Assembly: GCA_023424215.1 (NCBI GenBank)
Contig: JAFAEC010000152.1
Span: 1-54,004 of the forward strand
Direction: 5' to 3'
Origin: Pseudomonadota bacterium
GTDB taxonomy: Bacteria; Pseudomonadota; Alphaproteobacteria; Caulobacterales; Caulobacteraceae
DNA: 54,004 nucleotides
Below, in pieces: positions 20,756 to 31,009 of this stretch. Every line of letters begins with the position of its first letter. Within the stretch, counting starts at the first letter, position 1. The translations under genes were made by a program, and so were the position numbers. The notes beneath the pieces were generated by a model, which was given only the letters and a program-made list of their open reading frames with translations, had not been told where the DNA came from and ran no database searches.

Positions 20756-22618
20756 ATGTCCGCCGAAGCGTCTGAATCGCCGCCCTTCCGCGACGCCGGC
20801 CTGATGTCGGTCGACCTGGAGGTCGAGGCCCGCGCCGACGGCGCCCTGCTGGTTCGCTCGCGGGTCCCCTTGGCCAGTCACGACTGGAACGTCCCCCGCG
20901 CGGTCCTGCAGGCCGCGCGCGGACGCGCCGACCGTCCCGCCATCGCGCGGCGCGAGAATGGCGCCGGCGACTGGGTCTTCACCTCCTACGGCGACTTCGC
21001 CCGACGCTGCGCCGCCTTCAGCCAGTGGCTGATCGACCGCGACCTGCCGCGGGGTGCCGCGGTGATGATCATGGGCCCAAATTCGGCGGCCTACGCCGTC
21101 GCCGTGGTGGGCGCGATGGCCGCAGGCGCGCCGGCGGCGCCGGTCAGCCTGCAATACGCCATGCTGGGGGGCGATCTCGGCAGGCTGAGGTATGTGATCG
21201 ACAAGATCCGCCCGGCCGTGATCTTCGTCGAGGACGCCCGCCCCGTGGCCGGCGCGCTCGCCGCCCTGGGCCTCGAGGGAGTCGTGATCGTCACCTCCAC
21301 GCCGGAGGTGGTGGAGGCGCCGGGGGTGGTCGATCTCCCCGAGGTTCTGTCCACACCGGTTACGGAGGCGACGGAGGAGCGCCTCGCGTCCCTGAAGCCG
21401 GACGACCACGCCCACTACCTGCTCACCTCGGGCTCGACCGGCCTGCCCAAGGTGGTGGCGGTGTCCTATGCGAACCTCGCGGCCAACACCGCCCAGGCCG
21501 TCCAGGCCACGGGCGAGGCGCTGCGCTGGGACGGGCGGATCCTGAACTGGCTGCCCTGGCACCATACGGCGGGCGCCAGCGTGCTGCGGGCGACCCTGCT
21601 GGCCGGCGGCGTCTTCTACGCCGATGACGGCAAGCCCTTGCCCGGACTGCTGGAAATCTCGCTGAGGAACCTCCGGGAGATGCCGGTCGAGTACTACACT
21701 AATGTGCCGCTGGGCTTCGCCCTGCTGGCGGATGCGCTGGAGGCGGACGCCGACCTCCGCCGGACGTTCTTTTCCGAACTGAGGCTGATGCTGTTCGGCG
21801 GGGCGGCCCTGGCCCAGCCGGTCTACGATCGCATCCAGCGCATGGCGGTGGAGGAGACGGGCCACCGGATCATGATGACCTCGGCCTACGGCTCGACCGA
21901 GACCACGGCGGGCTTCCTCGCCGGCTACGCCTACACCGACAAGGTCGGCCTCGGCCTGCCGCTGCCCGGGGTGACCCTGAAGCTCGTGCCTCACGACAGG
22001 GAAGGCGCTCCGGACGCGCGCTGGGAGGTCCGCGTGAAGGGCCCCAACGTCACCCGCGGTTATCTGGACGATCCCGAACGCACGGCCGCCGCCTTCGATG
22101 ACGAGGGCTTCTACCGCATGGGCGACCTGGCGACCTTCATCACCCCCGGCGACGTCGCCGGCGGCCTGGCCTTCGCTGGACGGCTGGCCGAGGAGTTCAA
22201 GCTGTCGACCGGCGCCTGGGTCTACGGCGGACCGGCGCGGGAAACGGTGCTCGCGGCTCTGTCCCCGCTGATCACCGAACTGGTCCTGTGCGAGGAGAAC
22301 CGGCCGTACCTCGGCATCCTGGCCTGGCCGTCGTCCGAAGGGGTGAGGCGCGAACTGGGACTCGACCTTCCTGAGGCCATCGCCTCGGGGCGCCTGTCGC
22401 AGGCGATGCGCGAGCGGCTGGTGGCCCACAACGCCGCCCATCCCGTCGCCTCGATGCGCATCGCGCGCGCGGTGGTTCTCACCACGCCGCCCGACCCCAA
22501 CGCCCATGAGGTCTCCGACAAGGGCAGCATCAATCGCCGCGGGGTGATCGACAACCGGTCCGCCGACGTGGCGCGGCTCTACGCCGACCCGCCGGATGCG
22601 GGCGTCATCGTGGTCTGA
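20756..22618 (+). CDS. Acyl-CoA synthetase, feruloyl-CoA synthetase-like
   Basis: LTSGSTGLPK, WLPWHHT, YGSTET, FDDEGFYRMGD, GRLAEEFKLSTG.WV, E.SDKGSIN. Confidence 0.88.
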   Translation: MSAEASESPPFRDAGLMSVDLEVEARADGALLVRSRVPLASHDWNVPRAVLQAARGRADRPAIARRENGAGDWVFTSYGDFARRCAAFSQWLIDRDLPRGAAVMIMGPNSAAYAVAVVGAMAAGAPAAPVSLQYAMLGGDLGRLRYVIDKIRPAVIFVEDARPVAGALAALGLEGVVIVTSTPEVVEAPGVVDLPEVLSTPVTEATEERLASLKPDDHAHYLLTSGSTGLPKVVAVSYANLAANTAQAVQATGEALRWDGRILNWLPWHHTAGASVLRATLLAGGVFYADDGKPLPGLLEISLRNLREMPVEYYTNVPLGFALLADALEADADLRRTFFSELRLMLFGGAALAQPVYDRIQRMAVEETGHRIMMTSAYGSTETTAGFLAGYAYTDKVGLGLPLPGVTLKLVPHDREGAPDARWEVRVKGPNVTRGYLDDPERTAAAFDDEGFYRMGDLATFITPGDVAGGLAFAGRLAEEFKLSTGAWVYGGPARETVLAALSPLITELVLCEENRPYLGILAWPSSEGVRRELGLDLPEAIASGRLSQAMRERLVAHNAAHPVASMRIARAVVLTTPPDPNAHEVSDKGSINRRGVIDNRSADVARLYADPPDAGVIVV

Positions 22619-22656
22619 GCGCCGTCGAACCGGCCAGCCTTCTGGAAGGATACCCC

Positions 22657-23470
22657 TTGGACATCGCTCTGGCGCTGCTGATCAACTTCGCCGTCGCCCT
22701 CGGCCTGCTGCTGACCGTGTGGCTGGTCTGCCTGGCGCTCAGGGACGCGACCATCGTCGACGCCTTCTGGGCCTTCGGCCACATCGCCGTCGCGATCGCC
22801 AGCTTCGTGCAGGCCACCGAGGGCTACGAGCCGCGCAAACTGCTGATGCTGGGCCTCTGCGTGCTGTGGGGGCTGCGCCTCGGCGGCTACATGCTGTGGC
22901 GCTGGCGAACGCACGGACCCGACCGTCGCTACGCCTCGCTGATCGGCAAGGCGGGCCGCGACCGGGGCTGGGGCTTCGCCAAGGCCTCGCTGCTGCTGGT
23001 CTTCCTGACCCAGGCGCCGGTGCTGTGGCTGTCGTCCCTGCCGGTGCAGCTGGGGCAGTTCGCGGCGACGCCGGCGGCCCTCGGCCCGCTGGCCTGGATC
23101 GGCGCCGGAGTGGCCCTGTTCGGTCTCGCCTACGAGAGTGTGGCGGACTTCCAGATGCAGCGCTTCCGGGCCCGACCGGACGCGCGCGATCGGGTGATGA
23201 ACGAGGGCCTGTGGCGCTACTGCCGGCACCCGAACTATTTCGGGGAGGCGCTCGTCTGGATCGGCATCTTTCTGGTGGGGGCCGAGACGTTTCCCGGCTG
23301 GTTCGCCCTGCCGGGAGTCCTGTTCCTGATCTGGACGCTGAACAAGTGGAGCGGCGCGGCGACCCTGGAGCCGCGACTGACCCCGCACCCGCGCCGGTTA
23401 CGCCGACTACATGGCCACCACCAACCGCTTCATTCCCTGGCCGCCGCGCAAGGCGGCCGCCCATGGGTGA
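22657..23470 (+). pseudogene. DUF1295 (steroid 5-alpha-reductase-like) membrane protein with +1 frameshift near 23381-23384 (or sequencing error)
   Basis: IVDAFW, DRRY, E.VAD.Q..F, GLWRYCRHPNYFGE; the expected C-terminus GYADYMATTNRFIPWPP lies in the next frame after a CCCC run. Confidence 0.8.
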
Positions 23471-23927
23471 CTGGACGCCCCTGGTCGAGGCGGCCGGCCC
23501 GTTCGCGGGCTGGACCACCTGGCGCAACATCGATCCGTTCGAGGCGCAGGCGGGGCCGTTCTACTACCGGACCGAGGCGTCCGGAGGCGTGCGGGCCGCC
23601 TTCCAGGTCGAGGCCCGGCACCTCAATGTCGGGGGCTTCGCCCATGGCGGTTGCCTGCTCACCTTCGCCGACTTCGCCCTGTTCGCCATCGCCATGCCGG
23701 AGATCGGCGAGGGCATGGCGGTGACGGTTTCGCTCAGCGCCGACTTCATGGGCCGGGTGATGGAGGGGGATCGCGTCGAGGCGACGGGTGAAGTGCTGCG
23801 CCGGGGTCGGTCGCTCGTTTTCGTGCGCGGACTGGCCGAGGTCGCCAGGCGCCCGGTGCTGGCCTTTTCCGGCGTGATCCGACCCTTCCCGGCCGCCCCC
23901 TTGCCGAGTCGCGACGAGCGCGCCTAG
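23463..23927 (+). CDS. PaaI family thioesterase
   Basis: DPFEAQAGPFY, HLN.GGFAHGGCLLTFAD hotdog motif. Confidence 0.9.
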   Translation: MGDWTPLVEAAGPFAGWTTWRNIDPFEAQAGPFYYRTEASGGVRAAFQVEARHLNVGGFAHGGCLLTFADFALFAIAMPEIGEGMAVTVSLSADFMGRVMEGDRVEATGEVLRRGRSLVFVRGLAEVARRPVLAFSGVIRPFPAAPLPSRDERA

Positions 23928-23955
23928 GCTGACTTTCAGCAGGAGACTGAGATCA

Positions 23956-25173
23956 ATGGTCTACATCCTGGGCGGCTGGCAGACCGACTTCCGCCGCAAC
24001 TGGGCGCGCGAAGGACTCGAGATCGCGGACGGCTTCTCGGAGACCCTCGCCGGCGGGCTGGAGGCGACGGGGCTTGAGCCGGCGGACATCGACGTGGGCC
24101 ACGTCGGCAATTTCGTCGGCGACCTGTTCGCCGGACAGGGGATGCTCGGCGGCTTCTTCGCCCTCGCCGACGAGCGGTTCGACGGCATGCCGGCCTCGCG
24201 CCACGAGGGCGCCTGCGCGTCCGGATCCCTGGCCATTCTGGCCGCCATGGCCGACATCGAGTCGGGCCGGTACGGCACGGCCGCCGTGCTGGGCCTCGAG
24301 CTGATGCGCAACGTGCCCGGCCAGACCGCGGCCGAGCATCTCGGCGCGGCCGCCTGGGCCGGTCACGAATATCAGGACGCGCGCTATGTCTGGCCGCGCG
24401 CCTTCTCCGACCTGACCGAGGAATACGACCGGCGCTACGGCATCGACGAGGCCCACCTGCGCCGCATCTCGCAGATCAATTTCGCCAACGGCCGGCTCAA
24501 TCCCAACGCCCAGACGCGCGGCTATATCTTCCCGGACGAGGCGTTCACGGCCGACGACGAGGCCAATCCGGTGATCGAGGGGCGGGTGCGCAAGACCGAC
24601 TGCGGCCAGGTGACCGACGGCGGCGCCGTCGTCTTTCTGGCCTCGGCCGAGCGGGCGGCGGACTACGCGCGGCGGCGGGGCGTGCCGCTGGAGTCCGTCC
24701 CCCGCATCAAGGGCTGGGGCCATCGCAACACGCCGATCAGCTACGCCCGCAAGATCGCCGCCAGCGCCGACCAGGCCTATGTGTTCCCGCAGGTGAAGCG
24801 GGCCATCGACGAGGCGCGCAGCCGGGCCGGCGTGGGGCTGGATGATATCGACGCCATCGAAACCCACGACTGTTTCTCGATGACCGAATATATGGCCATC
24901 GACCACCTCGGCCTCACCGCCCCCGGGGAGGCCTGGAAGGCGGTCGAGGCCGGCGATATCGAGATCGGCGGCCGGCTGCCGATCAATCCATCCGGCGGGC
25001 TGATCGGCTGCGGTCACCCGGTCGGAGCGACCGGGGTGCGGATGGCGCTGGACGCCTTCAAACAGACGACCGGAACCGCCGGCGACTATCAGGTGGCGGG
25101 CGCCCGCAACGTGCAGACCCTGAACATCGGCGGTTCGACCACCACCACGGTCAGCCTGGTGATCGGGACCTAG
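23956..25173 (+). CDS. SCP2-type thiolase family protein
   Basis: EGACASG, ETHDCF, INPSGGLIG.GHPVGATG. Confidence 0.92.
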   Translation: MVYILGGWQTDFRRNWAREGLEIADGFSETLAGGLEATGLEPADIDVGHVGNFVGDLFAGQGMLGGFFALADERFDGMPASRHEGACASGSLAILAAMADIESGRYGTAAVLGLELMRNVPGQTAAEHLGAAAWAGHEYQDARYVWPRAFSDLTEEYDRRYGIDEAHLRRISQINFANGRLNPNAQTRGYIFPDEAFTADDEANPVIEGRVRKTDCGQVTDGGAVVFLASAERAADYARRRGVPLESVPRIKGWGHRNTPISYARKIAASADQAYVFPQVKRAIDEARSRAGVGLDDIDAIETHDCFSMTEYMAIDHLGLTAPGEAWKAVEAGDIEIGGRLPINPSGGLIGCGHPVGATGVRMALDAFKQTTGTAGDYQVAGARNVQTLNIGGSTTTTVSLVIGT

Positions 25174-25640
25174 GCCTCGCGTCGCCGGATGGCGATGGCG
25201 GCCGTGCCGTGCACGATGACGCGGCCGTCGGGAAGAGCCACCGTGACCTCGGCGACGACCTTGCGCGGGTCGGCGTAGGCGGCGCGACCCTCGACCATCA
25301 GGTGGCCGGCGTCGATCGGGGCGGCGTTGAGAAAGCGCAGGTTCAGGTCCGTCGACAGGAGGTATTCGCCGGGCTTCAGCAGGGTCATCGCCGCTCCTCC
25401 GCCGGCGATGTCGACCAGGGCCGCCGTGACGCCGCCATGAACCAGGCCGACGAAGTTGCCGTGCCCCTCGTCCAGATCGCAGCGCACGACCATCCGCCCT
25501 TCGCCGACCTCGACGGGGCGGGCGCGCAGGCGTTCGGGAAAGCCGCCGGCGAAGCGCGCCTCGGCCCAGCGTCGGGCCAGCTCCAGCCCGCTGGCCGACG
25601 GGTCCAGCTCGAAGCGCGAGGCGAGCGAGGGGGCGGTCAC
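25170..25640 (-). CDS. PaaI family thioesterase
   Basis: HGNFVGLVHGGVTAALVD; GTG start overlapping upstream stop. Confidence 0.88.
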   Translation of the reverse strand: MTAPSLASRFELDPSASGLELARRWAEARFAGGFPERLRARPVEVGEGRMVVRCDLDEGHGNFVGLVHGGVTAALVDIAGGGAAMTLLKPGEYLLSTDLNLRFLNAAPIDAGHLMVEGRAAYADPRKVVAEVTVALPDGRVIVHGTAAIAIRRREA

Positions 25641-26575
25641 GCCGCCGCCCGCGCGGTCAGGCCATTGAAGCGGTCGGCGGCCGCCCGGTATTCCCGCTCG
25701 AGCCGATCCACCACCGCAGCCGTGGACGCCACCGTGTCGATCCGGCCCAGCCCCTGACCCGCCGCCCAGATGTCCTTCCAGCGCTTGCTCTGGCCGCCGG
25801 AATAGTCGCGCTGGATGGCGCCGCCCAGATGGTCGGGGTCGAGGCCGGCGGCCCTCAGGCTGGGCTTCAGCCACGAGGCGTCCGTGCCGGTCACGGCCGG
25901 CGACACGATCAGGTCGTCCGCGTCGCTGTCGACCACCATCTGCTTGTAGGCGTCCGGGGCCAGGCTCTCGCGCGTGGCCAGAAACCGGGTGCCCATGTAG
26001 ACCATGTCGGCGCCCGCCGCGATCGCGCCGGCCACGCCCGCCCCGTCGGCGACGCCGCCGCCGATGACCAGGGTGCCGTCGAAGAACTCGCGCACCGCTG
26101 AAACGAAGGCGAAGGGCGACAGGTGCCCGGTGTGGCCGCCCGCGCCGGCACTGATGCAGGCCAGTCCGTCGACCCCCGCCTCCGCCGCCTTCCGGGCCAG
26201 CTTCATGTTGACCACGTCGGCGAAGACCTTGCCGCCGTAGGCCTTGACCGTCTCCATCACCGGCTTCGGCGATCCGAGGGCGGTGATCACGATCGGCGGC
26301 TTGTAGCGCGCCACCATGGCCAAATCCTCCGGCAGCCGCGCATTGGTCGAGTGGGTGATCAGGTTGGCGATCCACGGGCCGTCGCCGGGGGACAGCGCGG
26401 AGGTGATCTCGTCCATCCAGCGGTCAAGGTCCTCGATCGAGCGGCAGTTCGGCGTCGGGAAGGCGCCGCCGATCCCCGCCTTGCATGCGGCGATGACCAG
26501 GTCCGGCCCGGAGACGAGAAACATCGGGGCCGCGATGACCGGCAGGCGCATCGGGTGGGACAAGGCGGAACTCAT
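25637..26575 (-). CDS. Nitronate monooxygenase / FabK-like flavin oxidoreductase
   Basis: PVIAAPMFLVSG, GAGGHTG, GGVADG, YMGTRF, WKDIWAAGQG. Confidence 0.9.
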   Translation of the reverse strand: MSSALSHPMRLPVIAAPMFLVSGPDLVIAACKAGIGGAFPTPNCRSIEDLDRWMDEITSALSPGDGPWIANLITHSTNARLPEDLAMVARYKPPIVITALGSPKPVMETVKAYGGKVFADVVNMKLARKAAEAGVDGLACISAGAGGHTGHLSPFAFVSAVREFFDGTLVIGGGVADGAGVAGAIAAGADMVYMGTRFLATRESLAPDAYKQMVVDSDADDLIVSPAVTGTDASWLKPSLRAAGLDPDHLGGAIQRDYSGGQSKRWKDIWAAGQGLGRIDTVASTAAVVDRLEREYRAAADRFNGLTARAAA

Positions 26576-28287
26576 ACGGGGGATGCTTCTCCGAGGCGGT
26601 CGCGCAGCTCACGCTTGAGCACCTTGCCGACCGGGTTGCGCGGCAGGGCGTCGACGACCTCCAGCCGCTCGATCTGTTTGTAGACGGCCACCTGCTTTTC
26701 GTCGGTCAGGTAGCGGTTGATGGTCGCCAGGTCCGCGGCCTGGTCCGGGCGGAAGACGACGAAGGCGCACAGCCGCTCGCCAAGGCGCGGGTCAGGGGCG
26801 CCGACCACGGCGACGTCGGCGATGGCCGCGTGACCGAGCAGATGTCCCTCGATCTCCTCCGAGGAGATGTTCATGCCCCCGCGGATGATGATGTCCTTCA
26901 GCCGGCCGACGAAGCGCAGGAACCGCCCGTCCGCCCCGACCAGTTCGAACAGGTCCCCGGAGCGGAACCAGCCGTCGGCGTCGAAAGCCCGGGCGCTGAC
27001 CTCGGGCGCCCGCCAGTAGCCTGAGAACACCGTCGGCCCCTTCACGCGCAGTTCGCCGATCCGGCCCGGCTCGAGGATCTCCTCCTCCGTCTCCGGGTCC
27101 ACCAGCCGCGTGTCCAGCCGATCGTGCAGCATGGCCTTCCACCGCCGGCCGCCGCCGAAGCGGGGGAACATGGCGGCGCGCTCGGCGGGATCTGGCACGT
27201 CCTGCCAGGCGCTGGGGAAGGAGCAGCCCTCGTTCGAGCCGAAGTAGTTGACGATCTGCACGCCGTGCTTCTCGTGGAAGGTGGCCACCATCCACGGCGA
27301 CAGCGGCGCCGAACCCGAGCCGATGGCCTTCAGGCGCCCGAAGTCGATCCCCGCCAGCAGGCCCTCGTTCTGCAGCAGCAGGTTCAGCACCGCCGGCGGG
27401 GCCACGGTGTAGTCGATGGCCTCGTCGCGCATCTGCCTGAGCAGCACCTGCAGGTCGAACGGATGATGCTGGATCAGCCGCCCGCCGGTGATCAGCCAGC
27501 TGACGAAGCCGGTCGAGATCCCCGCCATGTTGACCATCGGAAAGGGATTGAGGATGCGCGCGCCCGGTCCGAGGTCGGCGGCGTCGACGACCCCCGCTCC
27601 CATGATGATCCACTCGTTGTGGCTGCGCGGCACGCCCTTGGGCTGGGCCTCGGTCCCGGAGGTCCAGCAGATGGTGACGACGTCGTCGGCGGTGACCTTC
27701 GCCGCCTTCATCGCCTCGCGGGCCGATTTCAGCTGCTTCGGCGTCACCGCGTCGAGCCGGGGCTCCAGATCGACGGCTCCGGCGGGACAGGTCTCGCCCA
27801 GCACGAAGATGTGCTTCAGCGTGGGCGAGCGATCCCGGACGTGCAGCAGCATCTCGCCATGGGCGTGCTTGCCGATGCGGTCCGTGGTCAGGGCCGCGAC
27901 GGCGTCGGTCTTGCCGGCGATGTAGTCCAGCTCGTTCTCCCGGTACTGCACCGGGGCGGGCGAGACGATGACGCCGAGCCGGGCCGCCGCCAGATAGGCG
28001 ATGCTCAGCTCGTTGATGTTCGGCAGCTGGACGATCAGGACGTCGTCCTTCTTGAGCCCATGGTCGTGCAGGACGGCGGCCATCCGGTCGACCGCCTCGT
28101 CGACCTGCCGCCATGTCAGCCGCTCCGGCGTCCCGCCCATGATGTCGGCGGCGTTGAACGGATCGACCAGCGCGATCTCGTCGGGATGGGCGGCCAGATG
28201 ACGGCGGAACAGGTCGTCCAGGCTGTCCTCGCCCCACCAGCCCTTCGCCTTGAACTCGCAGATGCGTTCCTGCGGGACGATGATCAT
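26572..28287 (-). CDS. Acyl-CoA synthetase (class I adenylate-forming)
   Basis: WTSGTEAQPKG, FGSNEG, WFRSGD, GRLKDIIIRGG, PRNPVGKVLK. Confidence 0.93.
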   Translation of the reverse strand: MIIVPQERICEFKAKGWWGEDSLDDLFRRHLAAHPDEIALVDPFNAADIMGGTPERLTWRQVDEAVDRMAAVLHDHGLKKDDVLIVQLPNINELSIAYLAAARLGVIVSPAPVQYRENELDYIAGKTDAVAALTTDRIGKHAHGEMLLHVRDRSPTLKHIFVLGETCPAGAVDLEPRLDAVTPKQLKSAREAMKAAKVTADDVVTICWTSGTEAQPKGVPRSHNEWIIMGAGVVDAADLGPGARILNPFPMVNMAGISTGFVSWLITGGRLIQHHPFDLQVLLRQMRDEAIDYTVAPPAVLNLLLQNEGLLAGIDFGRLKAIGSGSAPLSPWMVATFHEKHGVQIVNYFGSNEGCSFPSAWQDVPDPAERAAMFPRFGGGRRWKAMLHDRLDTRLVDPETEEEILEPGRIGELRVKGPTVFSGYWRAPEVSARAFDADGWFRSGDLFELVGADGRFLRFVGRLKDIIIRGGMNISSEEIEGHLLGHAAIADVAVVGAPDPRLGERLCAFVVFRPDQAADLATINRYLTDEKQVAVYKQIERLEVVDALPRNPVGKVLKRELRDRLGEASPV

Positions 28288-29786
28288 CGAACAGTCTCCA
28301 CTCGGTCTCTCGGTTCCGGGGCGCGAGGCGCCGGGTAGATCAGGTCCCGCACGGCGCTCCGGGACACCTTGCCGACCGGATTGCGGGGGAGGGCCTGGAC
28401 GGCGTGCAGGGCCTTGGGCGTCCGCACCGGCCCGATCGCCTGACGCACGTGCTCGAGCAGGTCCTCGGCGTCGGCCCGGCCCGCATCGAAGGCGACCGCG
28501 ATCTCGAGCCGCTCGCCCCAGATCGGATCCTCGACCCCGAAGGCGCAGGCCTCGCGCACGGCGGGATGGCCTGCCAGCGCGGCCTCGGCCTCGGCCGGAT
28601 AGATATTGTAGCCGCCGGAGATGATCATCTCCCGCGACCGCCCGAGGATGGTCAGCCGCCCGTCGCTCTCCAGCCGGCCGAGATCGCCGGTCCGCAGCCA
28701 GCCGTCACGGCGGGCGGCGTCCGTCGCGGCGGGGTCGTCGAGATAGCGGGTCGCGGCGAGGTCGCCGCCGACCAGAATTTCGCCCTCTCCCGTCGCGGCC
28801 ACGTCGCCGTCGGCGGTCAGCACCCGCACCGGCGTGCCGGGGAAGGGATAGCCGGCGGAGTCCTGCAGCTCCGGGCGGACGACCTGGTCGGGGGTCAGGG
28901 CGGTGATCGCCATGGGCGCCTCGGTCTGGCCGTAGAGCGCGCCCAGCACGGGACCGAAGCGCTCGATCGCCTGCCGGATTCGCGCCGGCGGCATCGGCGC
29001 GGCGGACCAGGTCAGGTGACGCAGGGCCGGGAAGTCTTCGGGACCGAACGCCGCTTCCTCCATCAGCAGATAGATCAGCGTCGGCGGCATGAAGGCGACG
29101 GTGATCCGGCGCTTCAGCTCGGAGAGAATCGCCGCCCGGTCCGGACGGGCGAGCAGCACATGGGCCCCGCCGGCCGCCAGCACGGGCAGGATGTAGTGCG
29201 ACGAGCCGTGAGTCAGCGGAGCCACGGCCAGGTTCACGTCGGCCGGCTCGAACCGGTAGTAGGCTTGCATCGAGCGCAGGGCCGCGAGGGCCGAGCGACG
29301 GCTCTGCACGACGCCCTTCGGCGTTCCGGTCGAACCGCCGGTGAACTTGATCGCGAAGTCGGCGTCGGGGTCGTCGTCGATCGGCGGCGGGGCGTCGCCT
29401 CCGGCGCCGTCGATCCAGTCCTCCAGAGGAAGCATGCCGCGGTGGTCGTCGAACTGGGGCCGCGCCTCGCCGTCGGCCAGAAGCAGGTCCAGCCCCGCGC
29501 GACGGCGCAGGTCCCCGTTCAGGCTGGGCCCGTTGCGGGGATTGAGCGGAACCCAGACCGCCCCCGCCCTGAGGATCGCCAGATAGGCGGCGACGTGCCG
29601 CCAGCTGTTGCCGGCGCACAGGCCGATGCGCGACCCGGTCGCGAGCCCCCGGCGCGCCAGACTTCCAGCGAGGGCGTCGGCGAGGGCGAAGAGTTCGCCA
29701 TGACTGACCGTGCGGGGGCCATCGATCAGGGCCGGCCGGTCGGCGCGCCCTGCGGCCGCCTCGTAGATCACCGAGACCGGGTTCAC
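28284..29786 (-). CDS. Acyl-CoA synthetase (class I adenylate-forming)
   Basis: FTGGSTGTPKG, YGQTE, WLRTGD, GRSREMIISGG, PRNPVGK; GTG start. Confidence 0.92.
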   Translation of the reverse strand: MNPVSVIYEAAAGRADRPALIDGPRTVSHGELFALADALAGSLARRGLATGSRIGLCAGNSWRHVAAYLAILRAGAVWVPLNPRNGPSLNGDLRRRAGLDLLLADGEARPQFDDHRGMLPLEDWIDGAGGDAPPPIDDDPDADFAIKFTGGSTGTPKGVVQSRRSALAALRSMQAYYRFEPADVNLAVAPLTHGSSHYILPVLAAGGAHVLLARPDRAAILSELKRRITVAFMPPTLIYLLMEEAAFGPEDFPALRHLTWSAAPMPPARIRQAIERFGPVLGALYGQTEAPMAITALTPDQVVRPELQDSAGYPFPGTPVRVLTADGDVAATGEGEILVGGDLAATRYLDDPAATDAARRDGWLRTGDLGRLESDGRLTILGRSREMIISGGYNIYPAEAEAALAGHPAVREACAFGVEDPIWGERLEIAVAFDAGRADAEDLLEHVRQAIGPVRTPKALHAVQALPRNPVGKVSRSAVRDLIYPAPRAPEPRDRVETVR

Positions 29787-31009
29787 GCCGCCCGCTCCAG
29801 CACGGTGACCACGGTGGCCGCCTCCTCGACCCCGAGGAAGCCGCCGCCGTTCTCGGCGACCGCGATCCGGGCGCCGGGGACCTGGGCCGCTCCTGCCTCG
29901 CCGCGCAGCTGGCGGGTCAGGTCGTGCAGCTGGACGATGCCGGTGGCCCCCACCGGATGGCCCTTGGCGACCAGGCCGCCGGAGACGTTGACCGGGGATC
30001 GACCGCCCAAAGCGAAATCGCCGCGCCGCATCCGTTCGCCGACCGTCCCCGGCTCGGCCAGGGCGAGGTTCTCGATCTGCTGGATCTCGGCGTAGCTGGT
30101 GGCGTCGTGCACCTCGGCGACGTCGACGGCCGCCGGTCCGACGCCGGCCGGGGCCCAGGCCGCCAGCGCCGCCCTCCGACCGATGTGGTAGCCCAGGTCC
30201 CCGGCCTCGCGGAGGGAGGCGCTGACGAGGGCGCAACCGCGCACCCTCGACGCGCGGGCCGCCGCGCCCAGTCGGGCCAGCCCGGCGGCGGAGCACACGA
30301 CCGCCGCCGCCGCCCCGTCGCTGACGGGGGCGCACATGGCGCGGGTGAAGGGCGACACCACCGGCTTGTCGGCCAACACTTGTTCGAGCGTCATCGGCGT
30401 CCGGTACTGCGCCAGCGGGTTCAGCGCGCCTGCAGTGTGATTTTTGGCGGCCGCATGGGCGAAGTCCTCTGCGGTTGTGCCGTGGCGGGCCATGTGAGCC
30501 CGTGCCTGGGCGGCGTAGAGGTCCATGAACAGGCTGCGGCCTTCCCCCGGCTCCTCGCCCCCGAGATCGCGGATGAAGGCCAGCATGCCGGCGCGGTCGT
30601 GGATGTCGGTTCCGCCGGCGAAGGCGGCCGCGACCCGCTCCGGCCGGTCGGGCCAGACCATCTTCTCCGCCCCCACGATCAGCGCCACGTCGCCGGCGCC
30701 GGATCGCAGCCACTGCATCGCCAGCCACAGAGCGGTGGAGCCTGAGGCGCAGGCGTTCTCGACGTTGACCACCGGGATCCCCGCCAGCCCCAGCGGACGC
30801 AGGGCGATCTGGCCCCGCACGGTGTTCTGTCCCTCCAGCATCGGCTGGCGGGTGTTCGAGAACCAGGCCGCGCCGATGTCGGCCGGCTGTGCGCCCGCGT
30901 CGACGAGCGCGCCACGCACCGCCTCGGCCGTCAGCGACTTGACGCTCTGGTCCAGCCGCTTGCCCAGTCGGGTCATGCCGACGCCGGCGATGAAGACCTC
31001 GACCGTCAT
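29783..31009 (-). CDS. SCP2-type thiolase family protein (HDAT variant)
   Basis: VENACASG, CAPVSDGAAA, EVHDAT, NVSGGL..KGHPVGATG. Confidence 0.92.
   Translation of the reverse strand: MTVEVFIAGVGMTRLGKRLDQSVKSLTAEAVRGALVDAGAQPADIGAAWFSNTRQPMLEGQNTVRGQIALRPLGLAGIPVVNVENACASGSTALWLAMQWLRSGAGDVALIVGAEKMVWPDRPERVAAAFAGGTDIHDRAGMLAFIRDLGGEEPGEGRSLFMDLYAAQARAHMARHGTTAEDFAHAAAKNHTAGALNPLAQYRTPMTLEQVLADKPVVSPFTRAMCAPVSDGAAAAVVCSAAGLARLGAAARASRVRGCALVSASLREAGDLGYHIGRRAALAAWAPAGVGPAAVDVAEVHDATSYAEIQQIENLALAEPGTVGERMRRGDFALGGRSPVNVSGGLVAKGHPVGATGIVQLHDLTRQLRGEAGAAQVPGARIAVAENGGGFLGVEEAATVVTVLERAA

Noticed and set aside
20756..22618. Classical ferulate (fcs-ech-vdh) pathway
   Set aside because: Ligase is Fcs-like but no ech or vanillin/vanillate genes are present; substrate cannot be assigned
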